From positions 413,142-477,141 of the forward strand of contig NMRA01000226.1 of assembly GCA_002633005.1 (NCBI GenBank): a stretch of 64,000 nt of DNA. Direction: 5' to 3'. How positions within the stretch are numbered: position 1 is the first letter of the stretch; each line of letters opens with the position of its first letter. This DNA comes from Phoronis australis (taxonomy: Eukaryota > Animalia > Phoronida). Shown here piece after piece: positions 1 to 13,425 of the stretch. A program made the translations under genes and the position numbers. The notes beneath the pieces were generated by a model, which saw only the letters and a program-made list of their open reading frames with translations, ran no database searches and was not told where the DNA came from.

Positions 1-3000
1 TGGATTTTTTAAATTCCCTTCTTTCATCTCAGAAATGATTCTCATGTGAAGGAAGCCGCAAATAAGACCGAAGACTGATAGGTTAAACTCACTGGAGTTT
101 GGTTTTAAAAACTCATGAAGTAAATTTGAATTAATTTTGCAGTGATGGCACTGGGAAAGCATTAAATTAAGATCAGATAAAACACTATTTACACAAGCTA
201 CATGTGCATGTACCGTCAGCCCCAAGAGCCTGCTAGATCATATTAGCGTCAGCGCTAATTAGTTATACGAAAAATGATCAGCGATTCTGAACACGTAAGG
301 GCAATAACGTGACTTACGTCAATAAAGGCAAAAGGAATGAGAGCAACAAAAGTAATAAGTGACACTGAACACTGTTTGTTCCCTTTTTCAATTTCCGAAA
401 AACAAAGTAATATTAATGCAAATGATTTGGAATTGAATTAATTTTGCCATCGGCCCTGTTCTGATCTATTTACGCGTTGATTAGTTTGAGCGCTTCACGA
501 TTTAAAATTGATACAAATACCCAATACTCGACGTCTATTTCGGAGAACTCGGCTGAAAGCGATCAGACACTGAATTCTTTCAGCGAAGCTTTTAAAACAT
601 ATAGTCAGTGGGCCAAATCTCATAGCGTTCACCCTTGTGAGTACTTTGGGGGGGCAACCTAGTTTTTTCTATGTGGCTAGATAATATAACTAAAAATCAA
701 ATTCCAAAAAGTTCCCACGTCTACACTTGCACATTTTTTTAAAAAAAGGTGTTTTTGTTGCACAAAANATGTGGGAACTTTTTAGATTTTGAAAACACTC
801 TAATAAATGAACTAAAAAACACCAAAATAAAATTGCCCCCCTAAAGTACTCACAAAAACCATTTTCTAGAGGCCCTACAAAATCTGGCCCACCGACTAAT
901 ATTGACTCGTTTGATTGTTTCCAAGATGAAAATTTGTAAATTTGTGCAATAAACTTACGCATTCTGTCAAAACAATGTTTTAATTTGGCCATTTGCCAGC
1001 GCACACTCGGTCTCGTCTTTTCCTTTTCTTAGATAACAAATTATTTCTAGGCTTGAAAAAACTGACAATTTGCTATTATTTCAGAGCAAAATGAATGGCT
1101 TTGCTCGTCAGGGCGGGTGATGCTCAGCGGTCGTCAGGAGATTTTTCTGAGACGTTACTTGAAACACGGATAAGAACGCAATGACGTTGCTTCGAAAGGT
1201 AAAACATTGCTTATGGGGAAAATTGTTTTGGCACCAGCATGACGTGTATGGCGACTTATCATGAAAGATGTGAAATGTCTATTTATTCCCAAGGATCTTA
1301 AAGACGATTTAACCACATAATTGCCATCTTGCGTATTCGAATTTTTAACCTACTGTAAGTATTAGCAAGCAATAAAGACAATATCGGCCACCAAGCCTCA
1401 TTTTGCCTGTCAACTCTGCATATTCATATTTAGTTGATGCTGCCCTCTAGAGGACTGCAGTGAGGTTCACGTTGTGCCGCGCCGTGTGGTACTTTTTGTT
1501 TCCGACTAATTTTACACACAACTGTTACTAAGCACAGCGAAAATGGAAAATATTCTCGTTTACGACTGATGCAAGAAAAAAATAAAGAGAATGTAGTGTG
1601 TATCCCTGTCACATCGGATAAGTACTGAACAAATCGAAAGCAATAATTCATCGTTGACTACCACTGGTCGACTATGGAATTGTAAAGATTCGTGTAGCTT
1701 AAAGTTAGACGAGAAACTTAGCAGAAGAGAGAAACACTACCAGGTGTGAAGCTCTAAGTCGGTCTTTCCAAAGTAAACCGAACCGAATTTCTCACTAAAA
1801 GCGTTCAGCTACACGAAAATGTGAACAATTATTTAAAAAAGTCCGTATGAGGAAGCTGTTCTACTAACTTGTAGTTTAGGCGGCATTTTTACATATTAAC
1901 ACAATTTGCTACTTAAAGAGGCATAGGACGCGAAAGCTCGTCAAAAATATCTGTTAAACCATTCCTGATGAAAGTATCATGTCTCAACGTCTACTACAGA
2001 ATTATTCACTTTCCCCTGTGAGGAAAATTCCAGAAAAAAATTACAAAATTCACGATTTTTGAAATACGCACTAAGGTAAAACTCTGTAGTCAAAACAGAG
2101 TTTCTGATCACCTCCCGCTTATGATAAATGCGCGCATGCGCTTTCAGTCATTCGACAAACAGACGGATGACAAGATGGATATTAACAGCAGATTGTCGTG
2201 TGTGATCGCACTTCAAACCTGAGATCGACAGCACAGTAAGAGGCAAGCCAGTGAAGCAAGCGATTTTCCCAAAATAATTCGAAGAACATTTTAGAATATG
2301 TTTGAATACTAGGATACCTTTAAAACAAAATTTAACCAGTTTGGACTTTAATCGATTGCCTCTTAATCGGACTGACAGCTGCTTGAAGTCGCCGTTGTTT
2401 TGCTAACATCAAAGGTCACATTTTCCACGTAAAGGAAATTTGCTACGTCTAGGTCTTGCCATACCAACTAAAGAGACGCGCTTTGCCTTGTGGGAGAAAA
2501 TTCGACGAAGTGACGAGTAATTGACAGTTCGCTTTTCAAAATTTGAATTTAAAAGAAAAATGTTTTGACGTTGACAGAAAGTCAAAAACTTTACGAACAA
2601 ACTGTAAAAATACCCGGTCAACAGGTTTAATTCTGTTTTAGTGGCAGAGAACCACTTTTAATAATGCAATTCAGTCTACTTTTCGCGTTCCGGGCCTCTT
2701 CAAGGTTATGCAGAACCCTGCTAGAAAATTCCAATTTTGGCCAAATTCAGAACATCGTATCTCAGACATGGATGATCGGATTCACATCAATCTTTCAGAT
2801 ACTACGCTTTATACACTGTTCTATATAACGCTTTTAGTAAGTGTTTTTTAAATGTTCCACTTTTGTATGAGGAGCTATAAAAATAGGCCATATGTGATTC
2901 CCATGAGAAAAATATATTTGCATCAAATAAAAACGAAACGATAATTTAAAAACTGTAACAGCACTTTTGAGATTTTATCTCGAACATTTAAGTAATACAA

Positions 3001-3744
3001 AATTTGCTCATTTATTGATCAGCCTAGGGTGTTTTAGTAAGAAGATACCTTTCTTTTTCCTACATTTTTCTTAAAAAGCAAGGTCACGGGACCTAATTAG
3101 TGACAGACTGATATAAAGCCCAAAATAAAATCTCGGGCAATTTCTACTTACAGAAAAATATATCCTTTTGCTGAGTTAAAATTCAATAATTTTGCATACA
3201 TTTGGCTAAATGTTCGTACGTGTCGACACGGTCCTACATACAGAGCCTTAATCTTGTGAATTCCCTACGCAAATATGAATTGTAATTTACACTTGAAAAT
3301 CAGAAGAGAGCGCAAAATTCTTGTAATTGCCAAAGACAAGTTTTTCACCGGGGAAATTAAATGGAATATCGGGAAATTACTTTCTGTTGAAGTGCAGTCG
3401 AGTGAAGCCAGCACAGAAAATGAAGTCTGGTCCTAGTTTTGTAAAGAGTGGCAACCTTTGCGAGACTTGTTCATTTAATCTGTCAGATGCATAAGTAACG
3501 GTTCCCGACCATAATCAAAACATGTTGTCATGCAGTCCTTTTTAATGTAATTACATAATTTGACCTTCTACCAAATCGCATTTCAAGACGGGAATTAACT
3601 TTGCTCGCGTCAAACAACATTAGAAGCACATATTTATCGACACATTTGTCAAACTTCATCAAAGACAAGAGCAATTTCACATTTCCCCAGACATGGAACT
3701 CCAACTATTGTACATAAAACCAATCCCATTTCAAATTACCACTA

Positions 3745-4480
3745 CCACAGCCGACATCATCACCATCACCATCAACATCATCATCACCATCACCATCAAC
3801 ATCATCATCATCATCATCACCATCACTTTCATCACCACCATCAACATCAACATCATCATCATCATCATCACCAACATTATCACCATCATCATCATCATCA
3901 CCAACATCATCACCATTATCATCATCATCATCATTATCATCATCATCATCATCATCATCACCATCACCATCATCATCACCATCATCATCATCACCTTCAT
4001 CATCATCTTCACTATCAACATCACCATCATCATCATCATCAACAATAACAACAACATCCTCAACGTCGTCATCACTGTCAATTCTAAACTACTGTCTCAG
4101 TTTAATCCTTTATTACCGTTGCCATAGTCACCATCATTATTGATCCCTTTCTTCTCCTTCTTATCAACATCATCTTCATCACCATCATCATCATCATCAT
4201 CGTCAAAAAACCCTTTACAATTTCTGATATGTAATCACTATTGTCGTCATCATCATTGCCATCGTCAGCATTTTCCTGTCCATCAGCGTCATCACCATCA
4301 TCATCATCTTGATTGTTATTGTCATCCCATAAACGTCATCACCTCTGTCGGCGTCATCATCGACATCATAGTCATCGCAATAATTATATTTATTATCATC
4401 GTCATCATGATCACCGTCGTTTTGATGTATTCAACATTATTAATACTCTTAATGTCGTTGTCAATATTATTGTTGTCATA
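3745..4480. repeat. (ATC/ACC)n microsatellite and degenerate flank
   Basis: Long CAT/CAC runs; explains the poly-I/poly-M spurious ORFs. Confidence 0.95.
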
Positions 4481-5939
4481 ATAGAAGCGCTTTCCAATTC
4501 AATTAACAATGTAATATTAAACTTCTTTAAAAATGTCTCCTTTATGCAACAGGGGTCGGTGACCGGAGGAGAACTGAGAAATTGTAAGACGGGGAAGTTG
4601 ATCTCACGCTTGAATACTAGATCGTCAAGCAAAGTGAATTTCTGAGAACTGTAAGCGTGTTTAAGTTATGAAGAAACCGCCTTGGATTTCAGCGACGAGC
4701 CGGCAGCCAACGACCAGAATAGACGATTTGCAACAAAATAACAAAAGTTTCAATGGATATTGTCAAAGCTTTAATAACATCAAGAAGCTCATCAGAAGAA
4801 TTCATTGCCCAAAATGCCTTTTACAGCTCAAACCGAGCGGGTTCTTTTAAAGAATATTTTCACCGCTAGTTTTGAATTTTTTAAAACAAGTTTCATATAA
4901 TTAAGTTAAAGATACACTTTGCGCTTCATTTTAGTTGAACACTTCATAGAACAGATTTTTAACGCAAACTAGTTCAGTCGAAAGTTAAGCCCCTCAAATA
5001 AGGCTCATTCAACACAACTCTAAATATATCAAACTTAAATGAATTCAACATTAATTTTTAGTTTTATTTTTGGTCTAAAATGGCCGCCGTAATAAGTGAC
5101 AGTTGACTCATGCATTGTGGGTACTCACTCAACTACCGCCATTTGTACGATGAGTTGTCCGCGGAGACCCAGTTCACTTTTATCAAACAAATTAATAGTA
5201 AAATAAGGCAAAGATAAACAGGGTTGTACGAAATGTTTATATTTTAGTGATATCTTGCTACTGACGAAACTCGTCCTGTGCTCTAATGTGAGTGTATATG
5301 AAAGACGGTGTATCTTAAGGAAATATCTGGTTGTAAAAGTTCTGGCTGTAAATATTTTAACAAAAACGGTACAAACAGTTTATTTTCCCACGTTTTCCGT
5401 GTCACGTTATAGCTTTTGAAACTGAGCAACATATAACAGTGCCCCCAAGTCGATGTAACGACGACAACGAAAGTACTTCGTGGATGTTACCCATAAAAGC
5501 CCATAAACTAACTACTGCACTCCATTTGCGACTTACTCCAAACATCTCCACATACAACCCCGATTTGTAATCAAAATCCAACGACAAACTGTCACGGGTG
5601 GTACATGAAAAAGTTACCATTGGAAAAGCGATATAAAAGAGTGACGTCATACAGTCAGTTTCGCGAAATATTGTAGATAAATTATAACGCATTGTTATTT
5701 TTCAACCTCCAAATGAATTATATGAAATATTTTGATTAATGTAAAAGTTCGAATTTTCTTTTAAAATGTAACACCTCCCTTCAAGTCCCATGGTTTTGTT
5801 TATATACCCCGCTTAGTAAAAGAATATGTTGTCGACAAAAGTACCGTAGTGTCGCGTATTGACTCTCGGGCGCTTATTTTTGAGAAGACATTTTTGACTC
5901 GGCGCTTGTTCCAAAGTGACGCTTATTTTAAAGTTTTGT

Positions 5940-6230
5940 AGGACATTATCGACAAATCTGCACGTTTCGCCAAATATCTGCAAAACTATAGAATTTACTA
6001 TTTTATGAAAGTAGACATTTCGTAAAACTTGATTTTTGACTAAATGTCAATCTGATTAGGTCACGTGACCATGCTTTTAAATAAAATGTGGCGGAAAAGG
6101 AAAGTATATTTATAGGAAAACAGCAGGGTCAATACCATGAGCAAATTTCATATCATATAAATGTTCAAGACAGAATTATCTTTTCGTTTTAGTTTTACGC
6201 AATTTTATTTTTTTATGTTTGTTGATAGCC
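5940..6230 (+). repeat. Dispersed repeat, second copy at ~17320-17640
   Basis: Shared GTCACGTGACC..CAAATTTCATATCA..TAAATG..TTTCGTTTT blocks. Confidence 0.55.
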
Positions 6231-7317
6231 CCTCATGCAAAAGTATTGCAGACCCGGTGCTCACTTACAATACATATCTTGTAACGCTTCGTTATAAAAC
6301 CCAGCGTTAAACTGAAAATGTCATCTAATTGTAAAAACTGTCCTGATGAATATGGAAAGTCCAAACCGAAAAAAATCCAAAACACGCTTTTCTGTGGAAG
6401 AAATAAAATAAAACAAGCCCAAAACATTGTTTTCACTGTACAGAACCAAAAATGACTATCCAAAACCATCGTTTGTACTTCATATAAGACTAAAGCATGA
6501 ACTAGGACTTTTATACATATACATGTACATTATGTACATAAATATTTCGTACCATGCAATGACCAAATCAGGTGCCAGCCATGAGCACGTGACGATCCAG
6601 GAACACGTGATGACGACGGAACCAGTTACGTATTAGTGTTGAACAACGGTCTCGCCAACAAATGCAGGGATCTCTCTGTGCATTCTGATGAAATGTCGAT
6701 GATCGACTATACTGTAAAAACCAGAACTCTCAGATCGCCACTCAAACGCTCGCCATATGGCCAAGCCATCTTACTTCAAGTGAATGACGTACTCATTATT
6801 TCGCGGTCACGTGTTCCTGAGTGGTCAATGTTCCTGAGTAGTCACGTTTTCTTGGCATGTTTATTTCTGAAACTTTTTTGTTCTGTGTGGTGTGTTATTT
6901 TTTTTCTTCTGCACCATAATTCCTTGGTGTAACGGTGATATCATCTGCTGTTTTTGTATATGAAGTGATTTCTAGTGAATTTATTTTATCAACGAGAATT
7001 GAAAATCCTTGTTTTGGGCATTATTTCAATTTCTGCACAGTAAAATATGTGTTTTGCAATTGGTTCTGTTTTCGCTTTCCACAGGTGTATTATTATTAAA
7101 ATATGTCATCCATAACTGTATTTTTCCTTTTAATTGCCTAAACATTTAAGAAGTGGGGAAATTTCGGAGGAAAAAACATTACAAAATTTATGTTTAATAT
7201 GATGATCTGTATGTGGCATATTTCATTATACATTTATGGCTCAGACAGCATATCAAGACCAATCCGAGGTCCGGCGCCTCAAATCTAGCCTTTACAAATT
7301 AAACACTAAACAATAAC

Positions 7318-7470
7318 AGGGGCGGATCCAGGATTTTCTGTTGGGGGGTTAGGGCAGAGTATTAGCCAGGATTTTGCCCTTCAGACAGTCATTCGCACCC
7401 CTGAACTGCCCAATGGAATCTGAGAGAGTTTTAGGGGGCCCCCCTTGGCCCCCCTCTAAATCCTCCACTG
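7318..7470 (+). mobile_element. Short MITE (CAGGGGCGGATC-type TIR)
   Basis: CAGGGGCGGATCCAGG ... CTAAATCCTCCACTG; reverse copy at 17120-17274. Confidence 0.65.
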
Positions 7471-9439
7471 AGTAATGAAATGTAATGAATTAAAGATGGC
7501 TGCAGACCTCTCCGTTAGTCCACGTTTGTGTTTCTACCGTTGCTGTCCGGTAAATGAAGATAAGAACGAGTGTAAAAATGGTGTCGCAAATTGAATTGTG
7601 AACTGAGTTTGGGTATAGAAAAAGTATATAACATCTGTAACTTATCTAATTTGTTAAAAATAAAATACGAAATATTCTGAACAGCATTTCAAACATTCTT
7701 CCTAAATTAGCCCAGTGAAACCCGTGATCCGCGAGAACCTCGAGAAACTACAAGACTTCGCGAGATGTCGTAATGCACTTACAACCAAAGCACGTATTCG
7801 CATTAGTTTCTTTCGCGAGAACTGTGTTCTGTGATATTTTTTTTGTACTTTGAACAGAGGTGGGACGGGAATACCAACTGCAAAGCTTGATTTGGACGCT
7901 CTTATGGTTCTCTCGAAGCCAACTGCTGATTCCCAAATACATTTCGGGACGCTTCCTTTAAAATCGCGTAAACAATCTACAGGATTTGCATTTGTTAGAA
8001 AACATCTTCCAAGTGTAACAAACAAAATCAGGAGGAGTTTTGCAGTTCAAGCAATACTGTGCGCGTATTTAGGCTTATGGACCTAAATCCAAAACGACGC
8101 CCTTTTTAGATAAAATTGTGCTCATGTGTCGTATTCAGGAGCACGCACCTAAGCTGCACGTACGTGTATTCAAGCAGGTGGTTATCATTGTCTGTATGCT
8201 TTAACCGGAGTTTATGTGCGTATTTTGTTCATTCTTAACGTACTTTCCCTTCGATAGTTAATCTTAAACTGAATGCACGTCAACGTCTGTCCCTGATTTG
8301 ATGATGGATCAACCAAGTTACATTCATCTACGATACCTTAAAATTTTGCTATTCGGTTTACTGAAGTGTTTTGCGCATGCTGATTGAATGCACCTAATTC
8401 CGGATATACATGTAGACGCAACTTCACGCAAAAGTGAATTGGCCTAAACACGCAAATCAAATGTAGTGCAGCGTATGGTTAAATTGAGATTAAGATTCTT
8501 TCCGGTATATAAAAACGTGTTGCTTTAAGGAAGTGCTGTGTTTCTATACGGGTTATGGGTACAGATTAAGGTATTAAGGCTATTTACGGAACACGTCATT
8601 CCAGGCATATTAGTATCTCTTGATAATACCAGACGATTAACAATCTTTATTCATCAGCATCTCCGCTTGATCATTTCCCAACAGTTATCAAAACATTGTC
8701 TTAAGTTAAGTCTGGGTTAGGTTCCGTAAACGCAGAAATCTCGCGAAGGAAGCAAATGTGATCATTTTAATCGTTTGCGATACATGGCGATATTTCGTGA
8801 GGTCTGGAGCGATCTTTTTTCTCAAGGTTTTCGCGTCTACGGAACGCAGGCCTGGTCTGTTCCCCAGAAACATCCAACTTGCGTTTCAATTCTTGAAGCT
8901 GCATTTCGCCAAATTTAGCTGGCTACAAGAGAGAAATCGAATAGGTCTTTTGCTCTCATAAAATCGGCCTTTTAAAATTCCTTACCATGATAGGATCCTA
9001 TTTTCGTTATCAACTCACCAATCATTGGCAATGCGTGCATGTTTTCGGATTCGCAATTTAAGGGTTGGGCAACCACAATAAACTCTGGTGTATTTTCTTG
9101 TCATGCGATGTAGGCCTAATTTGATTTTCACTTTCCAGTCAGCTAACACCGCAAAGTGCAGTTCTTAAAAAAAAAACAGATGAATGAATGTGAGCCACGT
9201 TTTCTTTTTTTGCTCGCAAACGATGCAGGCAAGGTTATAAACGCCGTTACCACACACTTTGGCTGCCAGTGACACAGTACACTTGATTGACTTCTCCGGT
9301 TCCGCTGGATCAACCGGGTAGGACATCTGATAAGTCTATATAAGCCGGAAGCTGGTCATCGAAAACCAATCAGATGAGTCTTAGCAGGTTGACCTGGCGT
9401 AACTGGCGAAGACAATCAAGTGTTGCCTCCCGTTCAGTA

Positions 9440-9540
9440 ACACTAGGATGACCTCGTAAAGCAAGACTCCACGAGATTACGTGAGATATTGCAGTGTATT
9501 TTAAATGAGAACACGTGACTTTTGGCTAGATTTTAGCTAG
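9440..9540 (+). repeat. Dispersed repeat, second copy at ~39784-39890
   Basis: Shared AACACTA..GCAAGA..GAGATATTGC..GTGTATTT..GAGAAC..TTTTGGCTAGATTT. Confidence 0.55.
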
Positions 9541-10981
9541 GTCCTAGCGTAACCCGTTCCTCTAGCGTACTCCTAGCGTTACGCAGGCGTGCGCTCTGTA
9601 ACGCTAGGACCCTCGCGTACGGCGCGTTCGGTCACCACCTAAGGTGGATACTTCAGGTAAAATGAACAACTAAAGATACAGCACCGCAGCATCAATTTTC
9701 AAACAAACAACAGACCAGTACGAACTACGATTTTTTGCCCTTCGTCCCCGGCCAAAATACGACAGGCAGCTGGCCTCGATTTAACTGCGGAATCATTTGG
9801 CTCAAACGGATGAAAATTGGTACATTCTTGTTAGAAATTTTCGAGACAACATTCTAAAGGTTACGTGCTTATTTCCATTTGTAACTAGAATCAATAAGAG
9901 TCCTGCACAACTTATTTGAAATAAATCATGCGCTAATTAATATACAGGGTGTGTCATATAAGTAAGGACACCATCATATGCTTCACGTAATCGAAATGGC
10001 GCTGAAACGATTGGTCTTCATCTCGTACACAAATTCTAACAAGTGGTTTTATTAGTATGTATACAGGTGTCATTTCTGTGCACTTCGAAAGGTGATCATG
10101 CCAAAAGTGTGTTTGCCCATGTTTTCGATCTGGAGCACGCTCTCCGCGAGTTCAAACGTGAAAGGACATAACCATCCGAACACGCTGTCTCAGGTAAATA
10201 TGCTCGATGGTTTCCTACGTGCCGCTAGGTGGGGCGGTAGCTGCGCCAGCTAAGCACGCAGGGAACCAGCGAGTCTGTGTTGGTCGTTCCCCAAATCATC
10301 AACACAGGTGGCCACCACCAAAACGGTATCATCCCTCGTGCTGGGTCGACGCAAAGGTGCACCGACCTACCGCACACAGCGGCAGCTGTTCAATCACAGA
10401 GTGGTACGGCTAGTCTGAGACTAAATCGAGAATGGCATGCTTGGTCACCATACCCTGCAGTCCCTCGACGTATTTCTATGGAGTTACCTACCAGTCAAAG
10501 AGCACCAACCGACGTCACGTGGAAGAGTTTACCCGACGAAATACCAAATTTCAATTTCTAATAAGCGCACGACGTAGAGGGAACGCAAATTCAAATACAA
10601 TCTCCAGTGATGGAATCGGAAGCAGTCACAACAAAAGTGCTACTTCGTCAGTGCATCGTCGAGTAATTAAACTATGTCCATATATTTCCATCAAAAAACT
10701 GAAGTGACTTTCGCGCGTGTTTTCCGGGAGGTAAAATGAGCAAAACAACTTATAGATTACCATCTTTAAAAATCTGCAAGATCATATTTTTCAAATTAAA
10801 GTCTTTCCAGTCCTCAGGAACGACCCAAAAAATACAAACGCCGTTTAAATTCAGCCTATGAATATTCATTCCACCACTTGCAATACATGGGCAATCAATC
10901 TAGAGTAAAATTACTATTGAGACACTAGGCCGTATAATGTAAAAATTGTGGCCGTGGAGTTGGGTTCACTGTAAGCAACAC

Positions 10982-11102
10982 GTAGCCCCTCGGTTGGCCG
11001 GTTAGGGGCTACTTAATTCTTCCCATCGCTTTCTGTACGAGGTTTCGTCTCGTGTATTTTAAACGGGCAGTAGGCTACATCCGGCCACCGATTAGGATTG
11101 TT
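10982..11102 (+). mobile_element. Miniature HINE-like element
   Basis: 5' hairpin GTAGCCCCT/AGGGGCTAC, 3' subTIR GGCTAC, then ATCC..GGAT stem and TGTT; related fragment at ~29058-29090. Confidence 0.4.
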
Positions 11103-13244
11103 CACCTTGTCAAAAATACATTCCACTCTTAAAACTATCAATTAAAAAAGCGCTTACTTTCTTCATTGGTCCTTTACTTTTACACATATTTTCGATGAAG
11201 CTTAGTTATTAGAATTAAGGTGACTTTGGCGAAGAATTTCAACTCCATTTTTGGTCACCGTTAACTTTTTCACCACGCGCGCGATAAATTCAACTGAGTC
11301 ACGTGAGTTTAGGCAAAGGCTAGCGCGAGACTGAGGGAAGTGCCTGACGCTGGCGCGTGACACTTGCAAAATAACAAGGGAAGGTATCAGATGAAATTTG
11401 TAAGATTTGTGTCCCTTGGACTTTTTATTCGTCAACATACATGATTTCACGTAACTTCCTCAAAACGGCACCCGTAAAAGAAACTTGAGCAAACCGCGAC
11501 AGATTTTCATCGATTTGTTCAAATTATCTTGACTGAATCGTCTCCAGACCTATGCTATGTGTTAATTATAACTCCATGTGCATATATGCATGTTTCATTT
11601 GATTTTTATTTCCTGTATTTTGAAATTCGTAACTTTTTGTGGGGATGTACTATCGCCCCTGTATACCTGCGGCATCCAGTGCGATGTAATTGCCTAGGAG
11701 CACTGCCCAAGGTAAACTAAAATGAACACGTTTAATTCTAAGAAACACAATTTGAGCTGCTACTTTACTTTTTGAGAATCGTGGTGACCTTCTGGTTGGG
11801 TCATGAACACCCAGGTAAGCTCACTGCACATGGTAGACACTTTTGAGAACAGCTGTCGTCACATTCAATGGCAGCGTATATTTATTGCACGACCACGAAA
11901 ACTAATTAATATCGATTTGAAGACGATTTTGCCAGTGAGACAACAAATCCTTTTCATAGTCCACAAACATTAGGCTACAACGAAAATTTATATCACATTA
12001 GCCCAAACATTCGGAAAGTGACGATGTTTTGGTCTATCTCACAGTACTCCGAAAATTATTTGCGGTGACCAACGTATCATGAAGGTACACATAGCTACAT
12101 TTCATGGATTGGTGCATTAATCTGGACCAAGAAAGATGAAAAAACGTGTGTATGGTTCTTAAAAACTATCCATACCCGTGTGAAAAGAAAAATGACCCTC
12201 AAGAGCAAGCCTTGTCATGCTGCACTGTGTTCTTTGACAATGAAGGCAAGCAGTAAAATACTTTCGTTACTATATTGGTTCAAATGCAAGTCTGTCGCCT
12301 GTGTACGAAAAATTCAGAATTCGATAACACCCAAAGAATCACAAATTTAAGTGGGGACACGTTTACCTTCATTAAGAGTAAACACACTACAATTCAGTAA
12401 GCGCAAGTTATATACTTACAGCATACAGTGCAGTAGTCTATAGATCTTCCACAACTCTAGACAACACCAACCAATTCTGTTCCCAAGTCGACGTTGCTTT
12501 TCCGAACACTAATTCGTGAAGACCAAACGCAGACCGTGGAGTTTTTTGCGTGTGTGTCGATATCAATGCACGATAGTCGCCCAGAGAGTATTCTACGATA
12601 ACTCAGATTTGGAAGCTTACGCGCGTTGGTGCACAGCGTTCAAATCGGTGCTTACCTCAGGCGATTCCAACAATCGAGTCAGTTTAGGGGAGACAGCTTA
12701 TTGACGCAACCCGTTGTCAAAAATCGGGTGACTGCTTTGAAAATGAAACCTTGCTACATAGTTGACTTTTCGTGACTTTTATGTCACGTCACGTGGCTGA
12801 GGTGAATGGGATTGTTTTTTTTTGCCTAGTTTTTGGAAACAAAATTTTGGTATTCAATTTTCCGTGGCTAATGTACTGCGCCACGTGGCTCAGGCACATG
12901 GCATCGATTTTTCTCTTTAAAATTACCAGAAATTTCCTACTTATCTTTGGCATCCAGCTATCAATTCCATTTATTGTTATTGTTTCTTTGTATACTTTGT
13001 TTCCGAGGCAACAACTTGAATATTATGTTAGCGTTTGTTTCCGTAAATCTAGGCTTTTTTTACATACATTTTGCAATCAGTTGCAAGTTTTGCAAGTCTC
13101 CGTTTAGACGGAGTAAAAAACGTAATAACATAACGACATTTTTGTGATGAAAATACAAATTCTCTGCAGAATGTTCTCTGCGAGAATGCAGATTACGTTC
13201 TATCAGTACAATATGGACGGGTTGAAGACATGCTTTGTTCATTT

Positions 13245-13425
13245 TAGACAATGTAGAAACACGAGAATCCGGTAAACATGTATAATAAAAACACAAGCTT
13301 TTGAGTCTTAAAGGATGCGGCTCTTCATCAGAGACACCTCATGAAAAGTGGCTCGAAAGTTAGTGCTTTTAATAAAGATTTTTACCGGATTTTTAAGTGT
13401 TTTACCTGTTTCTGCATTGTCTAAT
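13245..13425. mobile_element. Head-to-head Penelope-type pLTR remnants with two decayed hammerhead motifs
   Basis: Inverted arms. Minus 13292-13334 reads CTGATGA-A-GAGCC..GACTC-aAAA-GC-TT-GTG. Plus 13335-13365 reads CAC-CTcATGA..GGCTC-GAAA-GT-TA-GTG. Confidence 0.55.

Noticed and set aside
2673-2707. Hammerhead-like motif on minus strand (TTGAAGA...GAAA..TA)
   Set aside because: Position 3-8 pair is not Watson-Crick and stems I and II are weak.
3693-4645. ORFs rich in Ile/Met/His
   Set aside because: Translations of an (ATC)n microsatellite.
10207-10707. GC-richer patch with overlapping ORFs (~107 open codons to 10561)
   Set aside because: No recognisable homology or convincing splice chain; could be an exon but is unsupported.
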